Source of the DNA: a virus
DNA length: 45,829 bases
Virus record (IMG/VR): IMGVR_UViG_3300045988_073964
Coordinates: 1 to 45,829 of that record
Direction: 5' to 3' (one strand)
The stretch's first letter is position 1, and each line of letters opens with the position of its first letter. Of this stretch, positions 21,519 to 30,447 are shown piece by piece. The translations under genes and the position numbers were made by a program. Under the pieces are notes generated by a model. It had not been told where the DNA came from and did no database searches. It saw only the letters and a list, made by a program, of their open reading frames with translations.

Positions 21519-23294
21519 ATGGAAATTAGAACTCTTGCGGCAACGGAGACAGCGGCAGGGACAATGCCTGCTGACAGTCTGCCGCTAAAGAGAAAACTAC
21601 CCGACAGGCAGAAGCTTGCTCGGAAATTGAAAATCCTTTTTGAAGAGCGCCGAGAATGGGAGCCGCGCTGGAAGGCTATCCGTGATTATCAATTGCCGTT
21701 TATTGGCGAATTTGACGATACAGAGGATAGAACGAATCCTGCACGCAGACGCGACTTGAAAATAGCGCACGGCGTAGCATGGAGAGCAGCGCAGGTATTT
21801 GCTGCCGGTGTGATGAGCGGACTGACACCGCCCAGCCGCCAGTGGTTCAGATTTGCGTATCGCAGGCCTGACCTAAACTCTAACGTGGAAGCTATGCGAG
21901 TGTTAGACATAAGGCAAGAGATTGTATCTATGACGCTTGCAAAAAGCAATTTTTATAATAGCGTGCATAGCGTGTACCTGGAACTTCCCTTCGGACAGTG
22001 CCCTATGGCGATATTTGCAGATGCGGTGAACGGTGTGCGGTTTCAGACCATGACAATCGGCACATATGCGCTTGGTGTTGACGGCTTCGGCAAGGTGCAG
22101 ACCTTTGCCAGAAAGTACGAAATGACCTTGCAGCAGATTGTAGATTGCTTTGGCAAGGATGCTATCCCGGAGCGCATGAAGGGGCTGCTGACTAATGATG
22201 CGGCTTTAAGCAAGAAATTTACCGTAAACTGGCTCGTTGAACCAAACGACGATAGACTGCCCGGCAAGGTTGATAGGCTGAATATGCCGTTCAAGTCTGT
22301 GTACTGGCTGGATAATTCTAATCAGGATGAATATTTATACGTCGGTGGTTTTGAAGAACAAGCTATTCCGGTAGCACGATACTTAGTCAATGGCCTTGAT
22401 GCTTATGCTAAAGGTCCCGGCTGGTTTGCTGAGGGCGATAGCAAGATGTTGCAGCTCTTGAAAAAAGACTACATGACAGCGGTTGAGCTGAGTATCAAGC
22501 CGCCGATGAAAGGCCCTGCCGGACTCATGAACAATGGCGGCATTAACCTTATACCGGGCGGACTGACTGCGGTAGACGACCAGACGCAGGAAATTGTGCA
22601 GCCACTTTTCAATGTCAATCTTGACCTTAACCATGCGCAGGAAGAAATCATTCGCGTAGAGGACGCTATCAAGCGCGAGTATAGCGCAGATTTGTTCCTG
22701 ATGCTAGATAGCCTAGACAACAGCCGCATGACTGCTAGAGAGGTTATGGAGCGCACGCAGGAGAAGTTGCAGCAGCTTGGCCCGGTGGTTGAACGTCTGC
22801 AAGATGAATTTTTAACACTGGTTATTCAGCGAGTGTATAACATCATCGAGCGCAGCGGCGGCTTTCCACCTATTCCTGAGGAATTGCAAGATATTATCGG
22901 TGAAGCTGATATCGAGGTTGATTATATCTCCCCGCTGGCGCAAGCGCAGAAAATGAGCGGTTTGGTAAACATCGAGCAAGCTATTGCGCAGACCGCTCAG
23001 ATGGCACAGATTTGGCCAGAGGTTAAGAAAAAGATAGACCCCTTGGGAGCTATCGCGAAATATTTTGAGATGCTTGGCGTGCCTGCTGCGGCGCTCAGAA
23101 GTGATGAAGCGGTTGAGCAGATACTTAAAGCTGAACAAGAAGAAGCGCAGCGTCAGCAGCAGATGCAGGAAGGCTTGGCGGTCGCACAGGCGACAGCGCC
23201 GGTTGCAGATGCGGCGAAGAACTTGACGGCTGCGGCGAACGACGCTAACCCGGCTATCAGTAGCTGGATGGGCATTCCCGGAGGTTGGGACTGA
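21519..23294 (+). CDS. Portal (head-to-tail connector, T7 gp8-like)
   Basis: 591 aa, positioned after terL. Its overall pattern matches podovirus connector proteins (assigned by eye). Confidence 0.8.
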   Translation: MEIRTLAATETAAGTMPADSLPLKRKLPDRQKLARKLKILFEERREWEPRWKAIRDYQLPFIGEFDDTEDRTNPARRRDLKIAHGVAWRAAQVFAAGVMSGLTPPSRQWFRFAYRRPDLNSNVEAMRVLDIRQEIVSMTLAKSNFYNSVHSVYLELPFGQCPMAIFADAVNGVRFQTMTIGTYALGVDGFGKVQTFARKYEMTLQQIVDCFGKDAIPERMKGLLTNDAALSKKFTVNWLVEPNDDRLPGKVDRLNMPFKSVYWLDNSNQDEYLYVGGFEEQAIPVARYLVNGLDAYAKGPGWFAEGDSKMLQLLKKDYMTAVELSIKPPMKGPAGLMNNGGINLIPGGLTAVDDQTQEIVQPLFNVNLDLNHAQEEIIRVEDAIKREYSADLFLMLDSLDNSRMTAREVMERTQEKLQQLGPVVERLQDEFLTLVIQRVYNIIERSGGFPPIPEELQDIIGEADIEVDYISPLAQAQKMSGLVNIEQAIAQTAQMAQIWPEVKKKIDPLGAIAKYFEMLGVPAAALRSDEAVEQILKAEQEEAQRQQQMQEGLAVAQATAPVADAAKNLTAAANDANPAISSWMGIPGGWD

Positions 23295-23689
23295 TGAATG
23301 ATAGAGAGAAAGTAAAGCGATATAAGACTAACACTGGCGACGATGAACGCCAGCAGGAGCTATCTCGCTACATGACTATGGAAATCAACAGACGCGACCA
23401 CGAGGCGCTTACTGAACTGCTTTCCACGAAATGTGGCAGATGGTTTCTGATGCGGCTGCTGGATGCTACAAAGGTGAACTCGATATGCTTCACGGGCAAC
23501 AGCAAAACGTTCTACAATGAGGGCCGCCGCGACGTTGGCTTAAGCATTTTGGCTGATATTGCCGCGCTTGGTATCGACGGTATCAAGCGTAAGCAGCAGG
23601 CCGAAATGGAGTATATAGAGTTTCAAGAAAAGGCTAGGGAACTAGCCACCGAATATGTGGATAGCAAGGAGGCTATGAACTATGAATGA
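23294..23689 (+). CDS. Hypothetical head-module protein
   Basis: ATG overlaps the portal TGA (TGATG). GGAGG SD. Confidence 0.6.
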   Translation: MNDREKVKRYKTNTGDDERQQELSRYMTMEINRRDHEALTELLSTKCGRWFLMRLLDATKVNSICFTGNSKTFYNEGRRDVGLSILADIAALGIDGIKRKQQAEMEYIEFQEKARELATEYVDSKEAMNYE

Positions 23690-24356
23690 CGACCAGACAA
23701 CTACTCAGACCACGACTGAGCCTGCGGGACAACAAGGCGCAGGCTCGCAGCAACAACAACAGCAGCAGACTACTGAGCCTGCTGCAAATACTACGACTAC
23801 AGCTAATCAAGGAGCTGCCCCCACCACTACAGGAGAAGGGGCGCAAGGGCAACAGCAAGCTAATCCGCCCGGCTCTATTAGTTATAATTTCGAGGGTGTG
23901 CAAATGCCCGAAGGTATTGTGCTGAATCCGGAAGAAAGTGCCAGATTTATCGACGTTATCAAGGACATGGGCCTGAACAACGAGCAGGCAAGCGCTATCG
24001 TGAAGTACGGCGGCGAGTATGCAGACCGAATCGCTGAGCAGATTTTTGAAGCTCATGCGCAAGAGGTTAAAGGCTGGCGCGACGAGACAGAAAAAGCTCT
24101 CGGCGCAGACCTGCAAAAAACTGTCGGCTTATGCGACGTGGCCTGCCGCAAGCTGAACATTCCCGGACTGCGAGAAGCGCTGAATGAAACTGGCGCAGGC
24201 AACAAATTGCCCATTGTACGAGCATTCGCCAGACTTGGTGAACTACTTAGCGAGGACCCGGGCAAGGCTGCCGGTGTGAGCGGCGCTGCTACTAATGGCG
24301 GCGGCGATATTTTCACGGCGATGTTCCCTAACACGGACTTTAGCAAATACAAATAA
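23682..24356 (+). CDS. Scaffolding protein
   Basis: Q/T-rich N-terminus and a helical body. It sits immediately upstream of the capsid gene. Confidence 0.65.
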   Translation: MNDDQTTTQTTTEPAGQQGAGSQQQQQQQTTEPAANTTTTANQGAAPTTTGEGAQGQQQANPPGSISYNFEGVQMPEGIVLNPEESARFIDVIKDMGLNNEQASAIVKYGGEYADRIAEQIFEAHAQEVKGWRDETEKALGADLQKTVGLCDVACRKLNIPGLREALNETGAGNKLPIVRAFARLGELLSEDPGKAAGVSGAATNGGGDIFTAMFPNTDFSKYK

Positions 24357-24381
24357 TTTATGATGAAAGGATTGAAAATCA

Positions 24382-25386
24382 ATGGCTACAATTGGCTTGG
24401 CTCATACTTTGAGCGACTTGCGTAAACAATTAACCCCTGATGGCGCGATTGACCACGTAATGGAAGTGCTGAATGAAAGCAATCCGATTATGGAAGACGT
24501 CCGCTGGATGGAAGGCGACCTTCCTATCGGCAATAAAACTACCGTGCGTGCGTCTTTGCCGTCTCCGTCTATCCGTCGTATTAACCGTGGTACTGCGGCA
24601 ACCAAAGGTACCGTAAAGCAAATCATTGATGTTTGCATGAACTTGGAGGACCGCTCCTGCGTTGATATTGAACTGCTGGCGGGCAAACCGAACCCGGCAC
24701 AATACCGTCTGTCCGAGGCAGATGCGCACATTGAAGGCATGGGCCAGTATGTTGCACGTCAGCTCTTGTACGGCGACCTGAACGCCGACCCCGACACTTT
24801 CAACGGCATTATGACTCGTTATAATACTTTGAGGGGCGGCAAGGGTACTCCCGGCTATCAGGTAATCCCTGCCGGTACTCCCGGCACTAACACCAACACT
24901 TCTATCTACTTTGTAGACTGGGGCGACCGTCGTGTTACCGGCATTTATCCGAAGGGCACTACCGCAGGCCTGACTCACCGCGACCTGGGCGAAGGTGACG
25001 TGTACGACGAGAACGGCAAGCCGTTCCGTGCTGTGCAGGACCTGTACACTTGGAAGCTTGGCCTTGCTGTGTACAATGTTCGTTCTATTGCGCGCGTCTG
25101 CAACATCGACGCAACTAAGCTGAACACTCTTACTGATGCTGCTCAGCGTGAGCTGATGAATAAGTTCATCATGGCGAAGAATCTTCTGCAAAACCCGGTT
25201 AACCCGATTGCGTATGTTTCCGAAAGCCTGTACTCGTACCTTGAGTGCTACCTGAACAACAAAAACAACGTTCATGTAACTCGTCAAGACTTCATGAACG
25301 CGCCGCCGAAACTGTATCTGGCAGGCATCCAGATTAAGAAAATGGATTGCCAGTCTGACACTGAAGCTGCGGTAACTGAGGACTAA
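24382..25386 (+). CDS. Major capsid protein (HK97 fold)
   Basis: 334 aa with strongly biased (cgt/ggc/acc) codon usage. Its position and the motif IYFVDWGDRRVTGIYPKG are typical of epsilon15/BPP-1-like coat proteins. Confidence 0.85.
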   Translation: MATIGLAHTLSDLRKQLTPDGAIDHVMEVLNESNPIMEDVRWMEGDLPIGNKTTVRASLPSPSIRRINRGTAATKGTVKQIIDVCMNLEDRSCVDIELLAGKPNPAQYRLSEADAHIEGMGQYVARQLLYGDLNADPDTFNGIMTRYNTLRGGKGTPGYQVIPAGTPGTNTNTSIYFVDWGDRRVTGIYPKGTTAGLTHRDLGEGDVYDENGKPFRAVQDLYTWKLGLAVYNVRSIARVCNIDATKLNTLTDAAQRELMNKFIMAKNLLQNPVNPIAYVSESLYSYLECYLNNKNNVHVTRQDFMNAPPKLYLAGIQIKKMDCQSDTEAAVTED

Positions 25387-25403
25387 GGAAGGAGGGTAAC
25401 ATC

Positions 25404-25754
25404 ATGATTTTTGACCAGCAAAATATGTATATGGACAAAAGCCTGACCAGTAATGTTATTGCGAATGTTGGCGGCGGCGACGCTGCTGACCCGCTCTTTC
25501 TGGTTGTGTTTGCGGATACCGCCCTGACTGCGGCAAGCGGTGCGACCGCAGCACTCGAAGTATCCGACAACGAGAACTTCTCTACGAAAGTAACTTTAGC
25601 AACCTTCACTCTGGCTGCTAGCAAGAAAGGTATTCTCGTAGCTGCTAAACTGCCGTATGGCATGAAGAAATACTCCAGACTGACTGTGACCGGCGCAACC
25701 GCAGGCACTCTGACTGCCGGCCTTACCGAGACTGTTCCGAATTGGCCAGGTTGA
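25404..25754 (+). CDS. Putative capsid decoration / cement protein
   Basis: 116-aa beta-rich protein directly after the capsid gene. Confidence 0.4.
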   Translation: MIFDQQNMYMDKSLTSNVIANVGGGDAADPLFLVVFADTALTAASGATAALEVSDNENFSTKVTLATFTLAASKKGILVAAKLPYGMKKYSRLTVTGATAGTLTAGLTETVPNWPG

Positions 25755-25759
25755 TAACT

Positions 25760-25891
25760 ATGGACAAAAGCGAATACGACGACTATAAGCTGCTCAGTAT
25801 GAATGATTTGCGAATCCTGCTTTATGACGCAGGCGTTGATTGGCCTGACGACGCAAGCCGTGAGGACTTAATCAAACTGTACAAAAAATAG
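25760..25891 (+). CDS. Small HeH/SAP-like protein (43 aa)
   Basis: Hand-translated: MDKSEYDDYKLLSMNDLRILLYDAGVDWPDDASREDLIKLYKK (LS..DLR...G......REDLI). Confidence 0.5.
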   Translation: MDKSEYDDYKLLSMNDLRILLYDAGVDWPDDASREDLIKLYKK

Positions 25892-25910
25892 AGAAGCAAT
25901 GGTGAGCGAA

Positions 25911-25940
25911 GAAGGGCACGACTTGTGCCCTTCTTTTTTT
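25911..25940 (+). terminator. Rho-independent terminator after the head module
   Basis: gaagggcac/gtgcccttc stem followed by T7. Confidence 0.8.
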
Positions 25941-25954
25941 ACAAGGAGGCAATA

Positions 25955-26557
25955 ATGAATATTACAGATGTTTGCAACATAGCGTTAGCTCATATTGCAA
26001 AAGCAAAGATAGCGAGCATTGACGAAGCGTCAGAACAGGCACGTCAATGCAAACTGTTTTATGACAGCACTAAAAAGCAATTGCTGCGTGCGTATACATG
26101 GGGCTTTGCTAAAAGAGTCAGCAAGCTTGCGGAGTTGACGGTAGAGAGTCCGTACTGGAAACACGTATATGCTTATCCGCAAAAGTGTATTGCGGTGCGA
26201 AAAATCTTCGACTCCGAAAGCGGCGCAATGATAAGGGCAGGAGAGCAGGAACAGGAGGACTGGGACTTATATATGGCGAGTGACCACGTTCTTGGTATTG
26301 GGTGCAACATCCCGCAGGCGTGGCTTGAATACACCTATGATGTGGACGACGTAGAATTGTTTTCTAGCGATTTTTTAGAAGCCTTTACACATATGCTTGC
26401 GTTTAACATATGCGTGCAGCTGACGGGCAACAGCGCCTTGCAGCAGACGCAATATCAGCTTGCACAAGCTGCATTATTAAGAGCGAAATATACCACGGCC
26501 AGCGAGAAGAAGGATAAGCTGGAATATCCTACACGATACTTTGACGGGAGGGCATAA
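25955..26557 (+). CDS. Tail tubular protein A-like (adaptor/nozzle)
   Basis: AAGGAGG SD before ATG 25955. 200 aa, immediately upstream of the tubular-B-like gene. Confidence 0.55.
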   Translation: MNITDVCNIALAHIAKAKIASIDEASEQARQCKLFYDSTKKQLLRAYTWGFAKRVSKLAELTVESPYWKHVYAYPQKCIAVRKIFDSESGAMIRAGEQEQEDWDLYMASDHVLGIGCNIPQAWLEYTYDVDDVELFSSDFLEAFTHMLAFNICVQLTGNSALQQTQYQLAQAALLRAKYTTASEKKDKLEYPTRYFDGRA

Positions 26558-26559
26558 AC

Positions 26560-29295
26560 ATGGCGAACGGACTGCAACCGTATTACCTGCTGCAAAGCGC
26601 ATTTACTGGCGGTGAAATATCTGCCGAAGTGGCAAACCGCGTGGATTTGGACAAGTATCAGTTTGCTGTGCTGCAAGCCAGGAACTGTCTTGTAAAGCCG
26701 CACGGTCCTATTTATCGCCGCCCGGGAATGATGTATGTAAGCAGGACAAAATACAACGACAAGAAAAGCATTGCCGTTGCTTTCAATGGAACTGACAACA
26801 ACGACTATTTATTGGAAATAGGCGATAAATATATAAGAGTTTTTAGAAAAGGCGAATATTTGGGAGTAGAAATAATTACTCCGTTTACGGAAGATACATT
26901 ACAGGATTTGAGATTTATTCAAAGCGCAGATACTATGTTTATTGCCAGCGGCAAATATCCAGTGAAGCAGCTTGCGAGATACTCGGACACGGATTGGCGC
27001 TTTAGTGATTTTGAAATTATGGATATGTATTTCAATGAGAGGGAAGATTTTGCGAATGAATACAAAGAGTACAAAACAGCAGGGACGTATTCTTTCAAAC
27101 CTGCTATAAGCGGAGAGTATCGGGTAGAACTTGCCGGGGCCGGCGGCGGTGGTAACGGTGGAATGCTTAAAGAGAATGTTTTTATGCCGCTTATTTATGG
27201 CGGTGCTGGTGGCCGCGGTGAGCTAGTGTCGCAACGCGTGACGTTAGATAGCAGCACAACTTACTCTATAACCGTCGGAACTGGCGGCAAAAAAGGTATA
27301 AGTTATTTGCAACCCGATGGAGACGGAAACTCTACACTTGTGTTTGTGAATGGCGAAGATGGTGGAGCTAGTACAGGCTTTAGCATTACAGCAAGAGGCG
27401 GCGGAGGCGCAACTAAGCAGAACGGCATAAGCTATGGTAACGGCGGCTTGGGTGGACGAAAAGGCAGCCGTAAAGTTTCTCCGGGGGACGGCGCTGACGG
27501 CTGGGTTAAAATTTCTTACACGGGCAACACAGAGCTTACACCGTCAGGCATAGCTGGAGAAATTACGTTGACCAGCAATAAGGAAACGTTTACCAGTGAG
27601 CGCAAGGGCGCGAAACTGAAATTGCGGCAAGAGATAGCAGCTAAGACTGTATCAGCATCTAATGCCACAACAGAGAATGTCAAAGTTGGCACTAACTGGA
27701 AAGTTATTTCTCATGGCACATGGTCCGGCAAACTGACGATAGAAAAAAGCAACGACGGCGAAAGCTGGAAAAAGTACCGTGAGTATACGTCAAAGGACGA
27801 TTATAACCCATCGGAAAGCGGTAGTGTGACCGAGGAAATGTGGCTGCGTGCAGTGTGTAGCGTTACCAGCGGCACTTGCAACGTTGACCTAACCGCTATG
27901 CCTTATACGGCGGAAGGTGTTGTTACAATAACCGAATGCGTGAGCGGCACGCAGGCTAAAGCTCACGTGGATAAAGAGTTGGCGAATACCGATAAAACGT
28001 CCAACTTTTCCTGGGGCGCGTGGAGTGAAGAATTTGGCTATCCGCAGACTCTTTGCTTTTTCCAAGACAGGTTGTGTTTTGGTGGCACGAAGAGACAGCC
28101 TTATGTTGTGTGGATGAGCAGAACCGGTGACTATTCTAATTTCAGCGTAGAAAAAGCCAGCGGAACAGTCACGGACGATAGCGCGATTGCTGCAAGCTTT
28201 ATCAGCCGCAAGCAGTTTAAGATTCTACACTTGATTGCAAGTACGGATTTAGTTGTTTTGACGGTTGGTAACGAATGGACAGTCAGTGGCAGCGATACTG
28301 TGACTCCTGCAAAAATAAATCCGAAGATGCAGGCGACACGCGGCTGCAGCAAGACTGAGCCGCTCATGATTGGCAACAGAATTGTGTTTGTACAGGGACG
28401 TGGCAGCACGGTACGCGATATGGCGTATAGCTATGAAACTGACAGCTATGACGGTAACGACTTGACGCTACTTGCAAAGCATATTGTAGACGGATGCGAG
28501 ATTATTGACAGCTGCTACAAGCAAGAACCTGACAGCACGCTTTATTTCGTGCGTAGCGACGGAACTGTAGCTTGTCTTGCGTATATTCTGGACCAAAAAG
28601 TTTACGCGTGGAGTACGATAGAAACAGACGGCGAGATAGAAGCTATTGCTGCGTTGCAGGAGGGTGAGCAGGATGTTATCTATGCTATCGTAAAACGCAC
28701 GATTAACGGCGTGACGGTGCGCAACATTGAGTATTTCCGCAACAATCCGACCAGAAGCGCAGAGCCTCACGACTATGTAATGCTTGACGCAGCTGTGGAG
28801 TTTGGCAATGTCGGCAAGGCTGCGGCTGAAACGACGTTCCAAGTGCCGGAGCTGGCGGGCTGCACGGTTGACGTTTTGGGCGACGGCAGAATGTTTAAGG
28901 GATTACTCGTTGATGCAGACGGCGCTGTGACGCTGCCAGCGCCTGTACAGCGAGCTATTATAGGCTTGCCCTATACAAGTATCGTGGAACTGCCAAACGT
29001 CGAAATTAAGACGGGTGACGGCACTATGCAGGGACGTAAAAAGCAGATTAGTAACTGCGTGCTGCGCCTGCAAAATTCACTAGGCGGCGAGGTTGGCCCG
29101 GATAAAAATACCATGGATATTATCAACTATGACGAAACTAGCGCGGTGAGCGACATCCAATTGTTCACCGGCGACAAAGAAATGACGCTGCCTATCGGTG
29201 GCTTTAATAACGACGGCAGAATATATATCAAGACGGATTCACCATATCCGTTTACTTTGCTAGCGGCAATTAGGGAGGTGTCTTTCGGTGGCTAA
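26560..29295 (+). CDS. Tail tubular protein B-like, with an inserted glycine-rich domain
   Basis: 911 aa. The N-terminus LQPYYLLQSAFTGGEIS...YRRPG is typical of this family. The Gly-rich insert spans 27118..27520. Confidence 0.65.
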   Translation: MANGLQPYYLLQSAFTGGEISAEVANRVDLDKYQFAVLQARNCLVKPHGPIYRRPGMMYVSRTKYNDKKSIAVAFNGTDNNDYLLEIGDKYIRVFRKGEYLGVEIITPFTEDTLQDLRFIQSADTMFIASGKYPVKQLARYSDTDWRFSDFEIMDMYFNEREDFANEYKEYKTAGTYSFKPAISGEYRVELAGAGGGGNGGMLKENVFMPLIYGGAGGRGELVSQRVTLDSSTTYSITVGTGGKKGISYLQPDGDGNSTLVFVNGEDGGASTGFSITARGGGGATKQNGISYGNGGLGGRKGSRKVSPGDGADGWVKISYTGNTELTPSGIAGEITLTSNKETFTSERKGAKLKLRQEIAAKTVSASNATTENVKVGTNWKVISHGTWSGKLTIEKSNDGESWKKYREYTSKDDYNPSESGSVTEEMWLRAVCSVTSGTCNVDLTAMPYTAEGVVTITECVSGTQAKAHVDKELANTDKTSNFSWGAWSEEFGYPQTLCFFQDRLCFGGTKRQPYVVWMSRTGDYSNFSVEKASGTVTDDSAIAASFISRKQFKILHLIASTDLVVLTVGNEWTVSGSDTVTPAKINPKMQATRGCSKTEPLMIGNRIVFVQGRGSTVRDMAYSYETDSYDGNDLTLLAKHIVDGCEIIDSCYKQEPDSTLYFVRSDGTVACLAYILDQKVYAWSTIETDGEIEAIAALQEGEQDVIYAIVKRTINGVTVRNIEYFRNNPTRSAEPHDYVMLDAAVEFGNVGKAAAETTFQVPELAGCTVDVLGDGRMFKGLLVDADGAVTLPAPVQRAIIGLPYTSIVELPNVEIKTGDGTMQGRKKQISNCVLRLQNSLGGEVGPDKNTMDIINYDETSAVSDIQLFTGDKEMTLPIGGFNNDGRIYIKTDSPYPFTLLAAIREVSFGG

Positions 29296-29785
29296 GGAAT
29301 TTACGTGTGAGATTATTACAAGCGAGGACAAAGAGAGTGTTACTCCGTTAGTCGAAGAATTATTATCGGACATAAGACCGCAGGACATGGAAGATTTGGA
29401 GGCCTGCGGTCACGACGTAACTTTCGTTATTATCGGCAGCATTAAGACGAGCGACGAAACAAGAATTTATCGCGGCGAGGACGGCAAGCTATTATGTTTG
29501 TTTGGTAAAGGGTGGCCGTCATGGGAAGCACCTGGCCGCCAGATTTGGATGCTGGGCACGAACGAGCTTTATAAAGGGTACGTGAAAAGCGTACTCTTTA
29601 CAGAAGCACGGCGAGTGTTGAAAAAATGGGTAATGCAACACGGCATTGTCCATAACGTCGTGTATGAGAAAAATAAGACAAGCGTAAAGTATTTGTCCAG
29701 ACTCGGGGCACGTTGGTGCCCTGAGTGCCTGAAGAATAACGGCAAGAGATTTTTTGAGTTCTTCATCACGGAGGTAAGGGAATAA
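29288..29785 (+). CDS. T7 Gp13-like (DUF2833-like) internal virion protein
   Basis: IWMLGTNELYKG...VHNVVYEKNKTSVKYLSRLGARW...GKRFFEFF pattern. GTG start overlapping the upstream stop. Confidence 0.45.
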   Translation: MAKEFTCEIITSEDKESVTPLVEELLSDIRPQDMEDLEACGHDVTFVIIGSIKTSDETRIYRGEDGKLLCLFGKGWPSWEAPGRQIWMLGTNELYKGYVKSVLFTEARRVLKKWVMQHGIVHNVVYEKNKTSVKYLSRLGARWCPECLKNNGKRFFEFFITEVRE

Positions 29786-30435
29786 TGGGTATTGAAGCGG
29801 CATTGTTGGGCGTACAGATGGCAACGCAGCTAATGGGCCAGCGCCAGCAATATAAGCAACAACAGCGTATGTATGAAGCGCAGGCGCAGGCAGCACAGCA
29901 GAATGCAGCTATCATCAGCAAACAGCGCGAGCAGCAGGCAGAAGCCTACGCGCAGAAGCAAAGGCAGCTTAACGATAGATTTAGACTTGCACGTGGTCAG
30001 GCTAGAGCAGAAGCAGGCGCGAGTGGCTTGACTGCCGACGGAAGTGTAGCGGATATTCTTTCGAGCAGCGAGGATGCTTACAAGCAGGATAGTATCAACC
30101 TTTTGCAGAATCAGCGTAATGATTCGTGGAGCAGCTATGTAAACGAGGTCAATTATCGTAATCAGGCGAACGCCTATAATACTGCTGCAAGCAATGCCAG
30201 AAAGCAGGGACATCAAAAGATGTTTGCTACGCTTATTGGTGATGCTGCTAATATTTATTCTAAAGGCATGGACAAAGGCTGGTTTGGCAGCAAGGAGACG
30301 AGCTGGGCAGATGCTAACTCTAGCTTAGGCCTGCCGACTAGCAACAATATTCAAGGCTATAATCTTTATAATCAAGCCAAAAAGAATAACCCCTATTTAA
30401 ATTTTAACGGCAATTTATTTACAACAGGCTATTAA
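29785..30435 (+). CDS. Internal virion protein (Gln-rich)
   Basis: 216 aa with a coiled Q-rich N-terminal half. Its position is equivalent to T7 gp14. Confidence 0.5.
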   Translation: MGIEAALLGVQMATQLMGQRQQYKQQQRMYEAQAQAAQQNAAIISKQREQQAEAYAQKQRQLNDRFRLARGQARAEAGASGLTADGSVADILSSSEDAYKQDSINLLQNQRNDSWSSYVNEVNYRNQANAYNTAASNARKQGHQKMFATLIGDAANIYSKGMDKGWFGSKETSWADANSSLGLPTSNNIQGYNLYNQAKKNNPYLNFNGNLFTTGY

Positions 30436-30447
30436 GGAGAACGACGA

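Noticed and set aside
23700-23800. CAG/CAA-rich tracts (scaffold N-terminus 23700-23800, and 29800-29960) as nucleotide repeats
   Set aside because: They are imperfect and simply encode Gln-rich low-complexity protein segments within well-supported structural genes.
24430-25287. 285-aa minus-strand ORF inside the major capsid gene, and similar long antisense ORFs (8715..9431, 9924..10574, 19390..19974, 33251..33853, 37909..38370)
   Set aside because: They lie antisense to genes with strong family motifs. They have low-complexity or odd composition and no SD, which makes them typical shadow ORFs.
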